In this document: one piece after another, positions 28,191 to 37,450 of the stretch
How the letters are laid out: each line of letters starts with the position of its first letter
Position numbering within the stretch: the first letter of the stretch is position 1
Assembly: GCA_965248265.1 (NCBI GenBank)
Contig: CBDFJF010000002.1
Coordinates: 3,328,001-3,392,000 of the forward strand
Direction of reading: 5' to 3'
DNA from: Candidatus Latescibacterota bacterium
GTDB lineage: Bacteria; Latescibacterota; UBA2968; UBA8231
DNA length: 64,000 bases
Position numbers and translations under genes: made by a program
Notes under the pieces: model-generated
What the model was told of the DNA's origin: nothing
Seen by the model: the letters and a program-made list of their open reading frames with translations, nothing else
The model's database searches: none

Positions 28191-29032
28191 ATGTACATGC
28201 AACTCGAGGACGAGTTCGGCGACATCATCGGCAAGGCCAGAAGAGGCCAGGAGTTGTCGGTGGCTGATCTGGCAGATCAATCAAACGTCAGTGAGGACGA
28301 TATCGTACGCATGGAGGCGTACGAATTGACGCCTGACGACGACAGCATCCGGCGGCTCGCTGCCGCCCTTGGCCTGAGTCCCGACAAGCTGCAGGCCAGC
28401 GCCGCGCGTGGTTTTTTTCCGCTCTACCCCAATGGCCGGGCCATCGACGGCTTGATCGTCGAAATGATGGTGTTGGGTAGTGACTTCCTAATGAACGGAT
28501 ACGTCGTCGGTTGCTCAGAAACTGGCCAGGGTGCGGTGGTCGATCCCGGTTTCGATGCCGAAAAGATTCTGCGAACCGTCGAATCTACGGGGATGGACAT
28601 TCAAAGCGTCCTTCTAACTCACGGCCACGGCGACCATGTTGGGGCTCTGTCCAGATCTGTCAGGCCACGGGTGCTCCAGCTCTCATCAGCGAAGACGACA
28701 TACCGTTGTTGGGCGGACTGCGGACCAAAGTCGAGGGCACGATCCGAGATGGCGAAACCATTACCATGGGCAACGCCAACTTCATGGTTCGGCGTACCCC
28801 CGGTCACACCGAGGGAGGCCTCTCGTTGATACACGATGAGGTGGTTTTCGTCGGGGATGCGCTATTCGCCGCATCGCTGGGAGGAACGAGGAACCGGGTC
28901 GATTACGATCGCCAGAGAGCGGCGGTGGAGGAACACCTGCTGTCTCTCGATCAATCGGTGGTTCTTTACCCCGGACATGGCCCCGCCACAACGGTGGGTG
29001 AGGAGCAACTCAACAACCCGTTCTACTCTTGA
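28191..29032 (+). pseudogene. XRE-HTH / metallo-beta-lactamase fusion, split by a frameshift near 28650
   Basis: First frame has the HTH and THGHGDH; the -1 frame continues CQATGA...TPGHT...GDALF...PGHGP.TT..E...NPF. Confidence 0.75.
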
Positions 29033-29089
29033 GATCGGGAAAGCGACCCAATCAGTCGGCGGTGTGGCTCGCTGTCATGGGATATCTGA

Positions 29090-29935
29090 TCACAACAGCA
29101 GATCATCCATGGGCGGATAGCAACCCGGCTGGCGCAGACGGCTGAGGGCGCGTTCCTTGATCTGGCGGATTCGTTCCCTCGTGACCCCGAGTTGGTCGTC
29201 TATCTGGTCGAGTGTCAGTGGTTCATCGCCATCGAGACCGAAATAGCGCAGGATGACGTATTCTTCCCTGCCGTCCAGATTGGCGAGGATGCGGTCAACT
29301 TGCCCACGAACGGATTCTGCGTCGAGCAGGCTGTCCGGTGGGCCCTGTGCCGAGTCGGCGATGGTGTCGAGAAGATTGCGCTCGTCCTCACCTTCGAAGG
29401 TGGCGTCCAAAGAGCGGACCGCGCGCGCGCTGAGCATGGTGTTGACGACGTCGTGCATGGACAGGTCCAGGTCATCGGCGATTTCATCGACATTGGGTTC
29501 TGCTTCGCGTCCCTGACCGAGTCGTCTCGCTGCCTCAGATATCTCACGGAGCTGACTGAGCTTGTTGAGGGGGAGCCGGACGGTGCGGGCCTGGTCGGCG
29601 ACTGCCTGCAGAATCGATTGTCGAATCCACCATACGGCGTACGAGATGAACTTGAATCCACGCGTTCCGTCGAAGCGCTCGGCCGCGGTGAGTAGTCCCA
29701 GATTCCCGGCGCTGATCAAATCGGGTAACGACAGTCCGCGGTTCTGGTAATTCTTGGCCACTTCAATGACAAACCGCAGGTTGGCCTGCACGAGTTCGTT
29801 GCGCGCCTCCATGTCCCCTTCGTTGATACGCTCGGAAAGCTCGACCTCACGCTCACGAGACAGTGGCTTGGAGTCTGTGATATCATTGAAATACAAGCGG
29901 ATCGCGTTCTCACCGTCGAACATCGAATCGAACAT
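29090..29935 (-). CDS. RNA polymerase sigma factor, RpoD/SigA family (second short paralog)
   Basis: ANLRFV, DLISAGNLGL, FISYAVWWIRQ, RTVRLP, RERIRQIKERAL. Confidence 0.93.
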   Translation of the reverse strand: MFDSMFDGENAIRLYFNDITDSKPLSREREVELSERINEGDMEARNELVQANLRFVIEVAKNYQNRGLSLPDLISAGNLGLLTAAERFDGTRGFKFISYAVWWIRQSILQAVADQARTVRLPLNKLSQLREISEAARRLGQGREAEPNVDEIADDLDLSMHDVVNTMLSARAVRSLDATFEGEDERNLLDTIADSAQGPPDSLLDAESVRGQVDRILANLDGREEYVILRYFGLDGDEPLTLDQIDDQLGVTRERIRQIKERALSRLRQPGCYPPMDDLLL

Positions 29936-30087
29936 GATTGCAGTTCCTTCGCTTGGCTGGCGACCTACATGACCGATCGAGTACGAACGGTACGCCGCAT
30001 GGCTACCTTCGTCAAGAACATTTCAGCCACACTACGCTTGCATGCCTTGGGCCGCCATCGCCCACAGAAAAGAATGTCTTTTTCGGC

Positions 30088-32376
30088 ATGACGGAATCCT
30101 CAACTCGCCCCCTGAGCCCACCGACCATCACGGTTCGAGGGGCAGCAACGGGTCCCCTGCAAAGCCTCGACCTCGATCTCGAGGTCGAGCAACTCGTTTG
30201 CTTTTCAGGTCCTGCTGGTTCTGGAGCCAAGGCATTGGCCGTAGATGTTCTCCTCGCTGAAAGCCAGCGTCGGTACTGCGCGGTACTCTCGCCGTTGGAG
30301 CGACAGCGAATCCGGGCAGCTGCACCTGCAGCAGTGGACAAAATTGTCGGCCTGCCTCCAGCGGTCCTGCTGTCGGAGTGCCAAGGACCGGCGCTGCTGA
30401 GCGTCGGTGATTTTCTGCAGGTGACACGTTTTTTCGCGGACCTGTTTCTCCGTCAGGGCACAATTACCTGTCCGACATGTGGTCAAATGTGCGCATCGTT
30501 CGACGTGGAGTCGGCCGCATGTTGGGTAACTCGGCAGTCGTCGGGTTCCATACTCGTCATTGCCCCTCTTGAACTTGAGCAGGCTTCATCACTCACATCC
30601 GTCCTCGAGATCCTCCAGCAGTCTGGATTCACCAGGCTTTTCCTGCGCAATCAGGTGGTCCGCTTCGAGGACCTGTCACCTGGTGATCTGGGTGCGACGG
30701 GGCAGGGGGAGGAATTGCTCGTCGTCATCGATCGCATACGCTCGGTCGAAGAGGGTGGCCAGAGATTGCGGGAGGCGTTGCGGACGGCACGGGCCATCGG
30801 TCGTGGTCGGAGCCTCGTTGCCAATCAAGACGAGGATTCTTCAATCTGGCTGAATCAGATGTTGACCTGTACGGGCTGCTCATCGACCTATGACGATCCC
30901 ACGGTCGACGAACTTCTGACAACACCGTATCGATGCGCCATTCATCCCGAACATGTCACCCTGGATGACTGCTCGCTGGGTCGCCTGCTGGCCATGCGGA
31001 TCGACGAGGTCTTCGATTTCACCACCAACATGATGGAGTCGTCGTCGCAGAAGGGGGGTGGACAGATCGAACCCCAATGGGCGTTGCTGAGTATGACGGC
31101 CGGACTGAGTCTCGGTCACCTCCACCTGGACGGCAGTCTGTCTCAGCTTTCAACGGGGGAGCATCTTCGCCTGGTGATTTCGGCGGCGGCGAGCGCTGGA
31201 CTCGTCGGTATTCTTTATATCTGCCAAACACCGGTGTCCCTGCTCGACGACGAGGCTTGCACCCAGACCTTGTCGCTGTTGCGGCGGCTTGTCGATCGCG
31301 GCAACACGGTTATCCTGGTGGACGATGATCCGCTCGTCCACTCCGCCTCAGACAGGGTGCTGTGGTTCAGTCAGGGAAGACTCTTGCCATCGCCGCCAGA
31401 GAAGCCGAGCGTCGACGACTCGTTCGGACCTGAATCAAGAGTGCGGCCTCGGGTTCGTGATCTGCCCGACATCGTCATAACAGGGACGGGAGTCCCTCCT
31501 CTGTACTCACCGATCGAAGTGAGGTTACCTCCTGGACAGCTCACCTGTGTCACCGGTATTTCCGGTTCGGGGAAGAGCTGTCTGCTAAGCGAACTGATAT
31601 TGCCGGCGTTTCGGTCCGCCCAGGCCAAGAGGAAGTCGGAGGGCACGGTCCTTGTCCGCGCCAGTGCCAGTACGATTCGCAGGGCCCGGTTGTTCGGCGA
31701 CGATGGCATGCACAGCGACGAGACTGTTCTCGAGACGTTGGGACTTCTCGGCAGGGTAACTGGGCTGTTCGCTCGCACGCCAGTTGCCCAACAGCGTGGG
31801 TACGCCTCTGACTGGTTTCAACTCGGCAGTCCAGGAGGTCGTTGTCCGAGCTGTGCGGGGCGCGGGCGTGTACGGCAGGACATGGAGTTCCTCGAAGATC
31901 TCGACCTTCCATGCCTTACCTGCGAAGGACGTCGCTATCAGCCCGAAGTCATGCAGATCACCTGGCGAGGCCGCTCAATGGCCGATGTCCTGGGGATGAA
32001 TCCAGTTGAAGCGGCGGATTACTTCCAGAAGCAGGATGCGCTGGCAGGTTCGCTCAAAATGGCCAGCTCCTCAGGTCTGAAAACTTGCGTATTGGGGGAC
32101 AGGGCAGCGGACCTGGACAGGTCAATGGCACTCCGGGTGCAGTTATGCGCCATACATCAACGGGTCAGCGAAAGAGACCTCATCCTCCTCGACACTCCAG
32201 CCGCAGGGGGGAATGCGGATGACGTGACACTGCTGCTGGCTCTGCTCGCCCAGATCTGTGACCGCGGAGCAACCGTCGTGGTTGCCGAGACCCGCAGTGA
32301 AATCGTTGCCGCCGCCCCCCGTGTCATCACCATGGGACCCGGACGCGGGGACGAAGGCGGGCGAGTGATTGCTTGA
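30088..32376 (+). CDS. UvrA-like protein with degenerate ATPase motifs
   Basis: AESQRRY, GLPPA, zinc-finger CxxC pairs, LSTGE, RGNTV, GISGSGKS, GRCPSCAGRG...CEGRRY, MGPG.G..GG.VI: UvrA architecture. Confidence 0.8.
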   Translation: MTESSTRPLSPPTITVRGAATGPLQSLDLDLEVEQLVCFSGPAGSGAKALAVDVLLAESQRRYCAVLSPLERQRIRAAAPAAVDKIVGLPPAVLLSECQGPALLSVGDFLQVTRFFADLFLRQGTITCPTCGQMCASFDVESAACWVTRQSSGSILVIAPLELEQASSLTSVLEILQQSGFTRLFLRNQVVRFEDLSPGDLGATGQGEELLVVIDRIRSVEEGGQRLREALRTARAIGRGRSLVANQDEDSSIWLNQMLTCTGCSSTYDDPTVDELLTTPYRCAIHPEHVTLDDCSLGRLLAMRIDEVFDFTTNMMESSSQKGGGQIEPQWALLSMTAGLSLGHLHLDGSLSQLSTGEHLRLVISAAASAGLVGILYICQTPVSLLDDEACTQTLSLLRRLVDRGNTVILVDDDPLVHSASDRVLWFSQGRLLPSPPEKPSVDDSFGPESRVRPRVRDLPDIVITGTGVPPLYSPIEVRLPPGQLTCVTGISGSGKSCLLSELILPAFRSAQAKRKSEGTVLVRASASTIRRARLFGDDGMHSDETVLETLGLLGRVTGLFARTPVAQQRGYASDWFQLGSPGGRCPSCAGRGRVRQDMEFLEDLDLPCLTCEGRRYQPEVMQITWRGRSMADVLGMNPVEAADYFQKQDALAGSLKMASSSGLKTCVLGDRAADLDRSMALRVQLCAIHQRVSERDLILLDTPAAGGNADDVTLLLALLAQICDRGATVVVAETRSEIVAAAPRVITMGPGRGDEGGRVIA

Positions 32377-32401
32377 CGCACCTCCCCCATATCTATATTC
32401 T
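32373..32401 (+). promoter_or_regulatory. putative sigma70 promoter of the CBS-korAB operon
   Basis: TTGACG-17-TATTCT. Confidence 0.5.
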
Positions 32402-32464
32402 TGGAACTAGCCCTAAGTCCTGATTTTTTCTGATATTTCAGACGGATTTCACCCCGAATTGGCG

Positions 32465-32935
32465 ATGAGCTCAGACCTCGATTTTCAATACGAGAAAATT
32501 TCTCGTCTTGATCTTACGACATACGCCACCGCACGAGCAGGTACCTCCATTTCCGAGACCCTCGCGCTCATGCGCGAGCGACGTGTAAGCGCCGTGCTCG
32601 TGGAAGACGAGGCTCACCGCATAGTCGGGATTTTTACCGAGCGTGATGTATTGTTGAAAGTGGCGGGGGAGGCGGATGCGTTGGACCAGAGCGTCGATTC
32701 GGTGATGACCGCCCAGCCGCAGACCTTGTCCCCCAACGATACCGTCGGTCACGCCCTGCAACTGATGAACGAAGGTCACTATCGAAATGTGCCCGTTCTC
32801 GATGAGGATCAAGGTGTCGTCGGAAACCTCTCGCAACACGCGCTCATAACCTTTCTGACAGATCGCTATCCAAGGGAGATATACAATCTGCCACCTGAAC
32901 CGGATATGATCCCGCAGACCCGCGAGGGGGCTTGA
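32465..32935 (+). CDS. CBS-domain protein
   Basis: VGIFTERDV, VMT..P, YRNVPV: a tandem CBS pair. Confidence 0.88.
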   Translation: MSSDLDFQYEKISRLDLTTYATARAGTSISETLALMRERRVSAVLVEDEAHRIVGIFTERDVLLKVAGEADALDQSVDSVMTAQPQTLSPNDTVGHALQLMNEGHYRNVPVLDEDQGVVGNLSQHALITFLTDRYPREIYNLPPEPDMIPQTREGA

Positions 32936-32984
32936 GCGTGTCGGGCCGCGTGGTGCCGAGTGAAGTGCAGCGGGGGAGCCCGAC

Positions 32985-34874
32985 ATGACCGATACCGCAG
33001 CATCGGGAGCTGAGCAGGCGAAGGAGGCTTCCGGACGGATCCGCGAGCAAACATCCGTCGTCATCCGTTTCTCCGGTGACTCCGGCGACGGCATGCAGTT
33101 GACCGGAGATCAGTTTACGAACACTTCCGCCATCTTCGGCAACGACGTCAGCACCTTCCCCGATTTTCCAGCAGAGATCAGAGCTCCCGCCGGTACCATT
33201 CCGGGGCTAAGCGGTTTCCAGGTACATTTTTCTTCCACTGAACTGTACACAGCGGGCGATGCACCTCAGGTGCTGGTGGCCATGAACCCAGCCTCTCTCA
33301 AGGCGAATCTCGAGGATCTCGTACCGGGCGGGGTCATCATCGTCAACGTCGACGCCTTCACGCGAAACAACCTGCGCAAGGCCGGTTACGATGAGACTCC
33401 GTTGGGTACCGACAGCTTGCAAGGTTACGAGGTTCATCAGGTTCCGCTGACTTCGATGACGCGTGCGGCGCTGGAGGATGTGGAGGGCCTCACCAACCAG
33501 CAGAAGGATCTGTGCAAAAATGCCTTCGCACTCGGACTGGCGTTCTGGATGTTCGACCGCCCACTCGAGACCACGATCAAGTTCTACGAAGAGAAGTTCG
33601 TCAAGCGCCCACAGGTCATCGACGCCAACACCAGGGCGTTGAAGGCCGGGTACAACTACGGCGAGACCTCCGAAACCATGCAGTCGCGGGTGCATGTGCC
33701 AAGTCGTCTTGCCGTGACGCCAGGTAAGTACCGCCGCTTGACGGGGAACGAGGCTCTGGTACTGGGCCTGGTAACGGCGGCACAAAAGGCCAACAAACCC
33801 TTATTCTATGGCAGCTACCCGATCACACCAGCCAGTCTGATTCTGGAGGGTCTGGCGGCTCTGAAGCATTTCGATGTGCGAACTTTTCAGGCGGAGGACG
33901 AGATCTCCGCGATCGGTTCAGTGATCGGGGCCTCGTTCGGTGGTGCTTTTTCCGCTACAGCCAGTAGCGGTCCAGGAATCGCGCTCAAGAGCGAAGGCAT
34001 CAATCTGGCAATCGTGCTCGAACTGCCGATGGTGATCATTAACGTTCAGCGAGGAGGGCCGAGCACTGGGTTGCCGACAAAGACGGAACAGGCCGATCTG
34101 CTGGAAGTTCTTTTTGGTCGCAACGGAGAAAGCCCCGTACCGGTGATTGCCCCAGCGACTTCAGCCGAATGTTTTGATATGGCCATCGAGGCCTTTCGGA
34201 TTGCCGTCCGTCACATGACACCAGTGTACCTGTTGTCAGACGGGTACCTAGCCAATAACTCGGAGCCTTGGTTGATACCCGATCCCGACGACATCGATCT
34301 GATCGAGGTGACACACCGCACTGATCCGGAGGGTTATCAACCCTACATGCGGGATGATGCAACGTTGGCCCGCCCGTGGGTGGTGCCGGGAACACCTGGC
34401 TTGGAGCACCGCATCGGTGGGCTCGGCAAGCGTGATCACACAGGCGAGGTTTCATACTCACCTCAGGATCACGAAGCGATCGTGCTGCGACGAGCGGAAA
34501 AGGTGGCCAGGGTGGCCGATTTCATTCCGGAAACTGAGGTTACGGGGCCGGCACAGGGTGACCTGCTGGTGCTGGGATGGGGTGGTACTTACGGAGCCAT
34601 TGCGGCAGCGACTGAGCAGGCTCAGCAGGAAGGGCTATCTGTTGCCACCGCCCACCTTCGCTACCTGAACCCCTTCCCTAAGGATTTGGGAAACATTCTC
34701 GGCAGGTATCGGCAGGTGCTCGTGCCTGAACTGAATCTCGGTCAGCTCTCGATGCTGATTCAGGCGCGATACCCAGTCCGGGTGATTCCGTTGAACAAGG
34801 TGCAAGGGCAGCCCTTCACGATTCGTGAGGTACTGGCAAAAATCCGCTCCATTCTGTCGCTGAACGGCAGTTGA
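32985..34874 (+). CDS. korA: 2-oxoacid:ferredoxin oxidoreductase alpha subunit (gamma-alpha fusion)
   Basis: GDSGDGMQLTG, PAEIRAP, YPITPAS, QAEDE, SGPG, QRGGPSTGLPT, ELNLGQ. Confidence 0.95.
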   Translation: MTDTAASGAEQAKEASGRIREQTSVVIRFSGDSGDGMQLTGDQFTNTSAIFGNDVSTFPDFPAEIRAPAGTIPGLSGFQVHFSSTELYTAGDAPQVLVAMNPASLKANLEDLVPGGVIIVNVDAFTRNNLRKAGYDETPLGTDSLQGYEVHQVPLTSMTRAALEDVEGLTNQQKDLCKNAFALGLAFWMFDRPLETTIKFYEEKFVKRPQVIDANTRALKAGYNYGETSETMQSRVHVPSRLAVTPGKYRRLTGNEALVLGLVTAAQKANKPLFYGSYPITPASLILEGLAALKHFDVRTFQAEDEISAIGSVIGASFGGAFSATASSGPGIALKSEGINLAIVLELPMVIINVQRGGPSTGLPTKTEQADLLEVLFGRNGESPVPVIAPATSAECFDMAIEAFRIAVRHMTPVYLLSDGYLANNSEPWLIPDPDDIDLIEVTHRTDPEGYQPYMRDDATLARPWVVPGTPGLEHRIGGLGKRDHTGEVSYSPQDHEAIVLRRAEKVARVADFIPETEVTGPAQGDLLVLGWGGTYGAIAAATEQAQQEGLSVATAHLRYLNPFPKDLGNILGRYRQVLVPELNLGQLSMLIQARYPVRVIPLNKVQGQPFTIREVLAKIRSILSLNGS

Positions 34875-34916
34875 CGACGAGATGATAAGGATGCATGACC
34901 GAGAAAGCAGGCAGCG

Positions 34917-35960
34917 ATGACGGACGCAGTCCTTGATACGGCAACAGCCGTGGACAACAAACTGACACGGAAGGATTTCGTTTCGGACCAGGAGGTCCGG
35001 TGGTGCCCCGGGTGCGGCGACTATGCGATTCTGGCACAGATGCAGAAGGTGCTACCAGAAGTAGGCGTGCCCAGAGAACAGATCGTCTTCGTATCAGGTA
35101 TCGGGTGCTCGAGCCGATTTCCTTATTACATGAACACCTATGGTCTGCACTCCATTCACGGCAGAGCACCGACACTGGCTTCGGGGTTGAAGGCAGCAAA
35201 CCCAGACCTGAGCGTCTGGGTCGTGACCGGAGACGGGGACGGGTTGTCGATTGGTGGCAACCACCTCATCCATTGCCTGCGTCGCAACGTCGATGTGAAG
35301 ATCATTCTGTTCAACAACCGGGTTTACGGACTCACCAAAGGCCAGTACTCGCCCACGTCCCTTCCCGGACACCGCACCCAGTCCACTCCGATGGGATCGA
35401 TCGATTACCCCTTGAACGCTCTGTCGGTGGCGATCGGTGCAGAGGCGACGTTCGTCGCGCGAACGCAGGATACGAACACGAAGCATCTCAGCGAGGTCTT
35501 GCGTCGCGCTGCCGCTCACCGTGGCACGGCATTCGTCGAGGTCTACCAGAATTGTGTCGTCTACAACCCCACCGCCTGGCAACACACGACGGATCCCGGG
35601 CTGCGCGATGACAACATCGTGTTTCTGGAGGAAGGGGAGCCTTTGGTGTTCGGCAAGGACATGGACAAGGGGATCCGCATGAATGGCCAGGAGCCGGAGG
35701 TGGTCGCGTTGGGGAACGGGGTGAGCGAGGCCGAGTTGATCGTGCATCGCGAGGGCGTGCAGAACACGGCCTACGCCTATATGTTGAGCAGGATGGAGGA
35801 TCCAGGGATGCCGCTGCCCTTCGGCATACTGCGTTGCGTCGAGAAGCCGTCCTACAATCAGATGTTGAGTGCCCAGATCGAGACCGCCGTGCGGGAGTCT
35901 GGTATGGGCGACCTGTCCGATTTGTATAGCGCGGCAGATACGTGGACCGTGGAGACGTGA
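34917..35960 (+). CDS. korB: 2-oxoacid:ferredoxin oxidoreductase beta subunit
   Basis: WCPGCGD, SGIGCSSR, HGRA, GDGDG TPP motif, YGLTKGQYSPT. Confidence 0.95.
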   Translation: MTDAVLDTATAVDNKLTRKDFVSDQEVRWCPGCGDYAILAQMQKVLPEVGVPREQIVFVSGIGCSSRFPYYMNTYGLHSIHGRAPTLASGLKAANPDLSVWVVTGDGDGLSIGGNHLIHCLRRNVDVKIILFNNRVYGLTKGQYSPTSLPGHRTQSTPMGSIDYPLNALSVAIGAEATFVARTQDTNTKHLSEVLRRAAAHRGTAFVEVYQNCVVYNPTAWQHTTDPGLRDDNIVFLEEGEPLVFGKDMDKGIRMNGQEPEVVALGNGVSEAELIVHREGVQNTAYAYMLSRMEDPGMPLPFGILRCVEKPSYNQMLSAQIETAVRESGMGDLSDLYSAADTWTVET

Positions 35961-35965
35961 AGGCG

Positions 35966-36535
35966 ATGATGGGATCGGTGGATTCTTCGTCTACGACTCC
36001 AGCCCAATCTCACGGGTTGATCTGTTCGGCCTGTGGTCACGACAACATTCCGGGCGCAGATGTGTGCGAGGAGTGCGGTCAGGCGCTTACGGATGCACCT
36101 GTCGAAGAAAGCGCGGCCACACAGGAGAGCGGTCTGTTCGATCGTCCGCTTCTCGAACTGAACCCGAGACGCCCCGAATGTGTGGAGAGGCAGACTTCCC
36201 TTGCAGAGGTGATCGCGCGGCTGAAGGGTCGCAACGTAGGGTGCGTTCTGGTTACTGGTAATGGCGGCGAACTCATAGGTATTTTCACCGAAAGAGATGT
36301 CCTCTATCGGGTGGTGGGCTTGATCGAGAACCCGGAAAGCATACCGGTGGAGAGCATGATGACCCCGGATCCGACCGCACTAAAGGCATCCGATCCCATC
36401 AGCCGTGCCCTCCACATGATGGGACTACACGGTTTTCGCCACGTGCCCATAGTCGATGACGATGCCAGGCCGGTCGGCTTTATCGCCTTGCGTGATATCG
36501 TCAGCTTGATGGAGGAGAGCTTTGTTGATCCCTGA
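35966..36535 (+). CDS. zinc-ribbon plus CBS-domain protein
   Basis: CSACGHDNIPGADVCEECG; IGIFTERDV; FRHVPIV. Confidence 0.88.
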   Translation: MMGSVDSSSTTPAQSHGLICSACGHDNIPGADVCEECGQALTDAPVEESAATQESGLFDRPLLELNPRRPECVERQTSLAEVIARLKGRNVGCVLVTGNGGELIGIFTERDVLYRVVGLIENPESIPVESMMTPDPTALKASDPISRALHMMGLHGFRHVPIVDDDARPVGFIALRDIVSLMEESFVDP

Positions 36536-36635
36536 GGGCTGATGGAGAACGCCAACCGGCGTTGGTCGAATCGGCTTTTCGAAGCGAGGACTGCATTGTC
36601 AGGCCCTCGCTTTTTCACTTGGAGGACGACGTCCC

Positions 36636-37124
36636 ATGCCTTCGAATGCAAGACTCTTGGTCGCTCTGGCTGCGTGCACGGCCACACTCACACTCTCCAA
36701 CCTGCGGGCGACTGGTGAAATTCTCAACGCCGACCTCAATGCGATTCGCTCGGTTTCCGAGGCTGACTGGCTACAACTCAAGCTGGAGCTGCTCGGCCTG
36801 CGGCTCAGCTATCCCGCGTACCGGATTCAACTCAGGTTGAACGAGGACAACGTCATCTCTTTCAATTTCTGGATCAGTGCGCCGCTGGCGGAGCATCTGG
36901 AGGAGGCGGGCAGAGGCGAAACCGAACGCATACTTGCCTACCATGCTGAAGGCATTGGCAGCCAGGTATCGACTCTGGTTCGTGAGGACTTTCCGGAAAT
37001 GTGGCCGAACTTCGAGTTGAGATCAGATCTGAGCGGAGTTTTTCTGGTGCCTGGTGATGAATTCGATTCGCTGCCGGAGGAGATAGCCGTGTGGCAGCGA
37101 GACGAACTGCGCTGGATGCGCTAG
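36636..37124 (+). CDS. hypothetical exported protein
   Basis: GGAGG RBS; N-terminal signal-like segment. Confidence 0.65.
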   Translation: MPSNARLLVALAACTATLTLSNLRATGEILNADLNAIRSVSEADWLQLKLELLGLRLSYPAYRIQLRLNEDNVISFNFWISAPLAEHLEEAGRGETERILAYHAEGIGSQVSTLVREDFPEMWPNFELRSDLSGVFLVPGDEFDSLPEEIAVWQRDELRWMR

Positions 37125-37126
37125 TG

Positions 37127-37181
37127 ACGATCCTGCGGATCGTTTCGACGAATCCTACAGATTAACGATCCTTTGGATCGT
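37127..37181. repeat. two copies of the palindrome ACGATCC-nnn-GGATCGT between convergent genes
   Basis: 37127-37143 and 37165-37181, with a degenerate third unit between them. Confidence 0.6.
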
Positions 37182-37204
37182 CCGACGCCACTCTTCGGGT
37201 CGTT

Positions 37205-37435
37205 CTATTCGGGGTCGTTTCGGAATGTAGTGCCCTGCATCGATTCCCTCAGTGGAATGGTCTTGTCTATGACGGGTTCCTCCGTCGTAACTACCCATCC
37301 CTGGACCTCTCGTCCAAAAACAACCACCTGCTTCGGAACGACCTCGACCACGTTGGTGGCGGCGCGCGTGTGTCGCTCACGGTCGACGCAGAAAAAGGTA
37401 TGTCGCCGGGTTACCCCTTGCTCGATGAAATTCAC
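37205..37435 (-). CDS. small hypothetical protein downstream of hemE
   Basis: Fills the gap after hemE on the same strand; plausible composition; no recognised family. Confidence 0.4.
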   Translation of the reverse strand: MNFIEQGVTRRHTFFCVDRERHTRAATNVVEVVPKQVVVFGREVQGWVVTTEEPVIDKTIPLRESMQGTTFRNDPE

Positions 37436-37450
37436 TGCTTTTGCCCCGCT

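Noticed and set aside
28640-28660. Programmed ribosomal frameshift in the HTH-MBL gene
   Set aside because: No slippery heptamer or homopolymer at the junction; a 1-nt loss or sequencing error is simpler.
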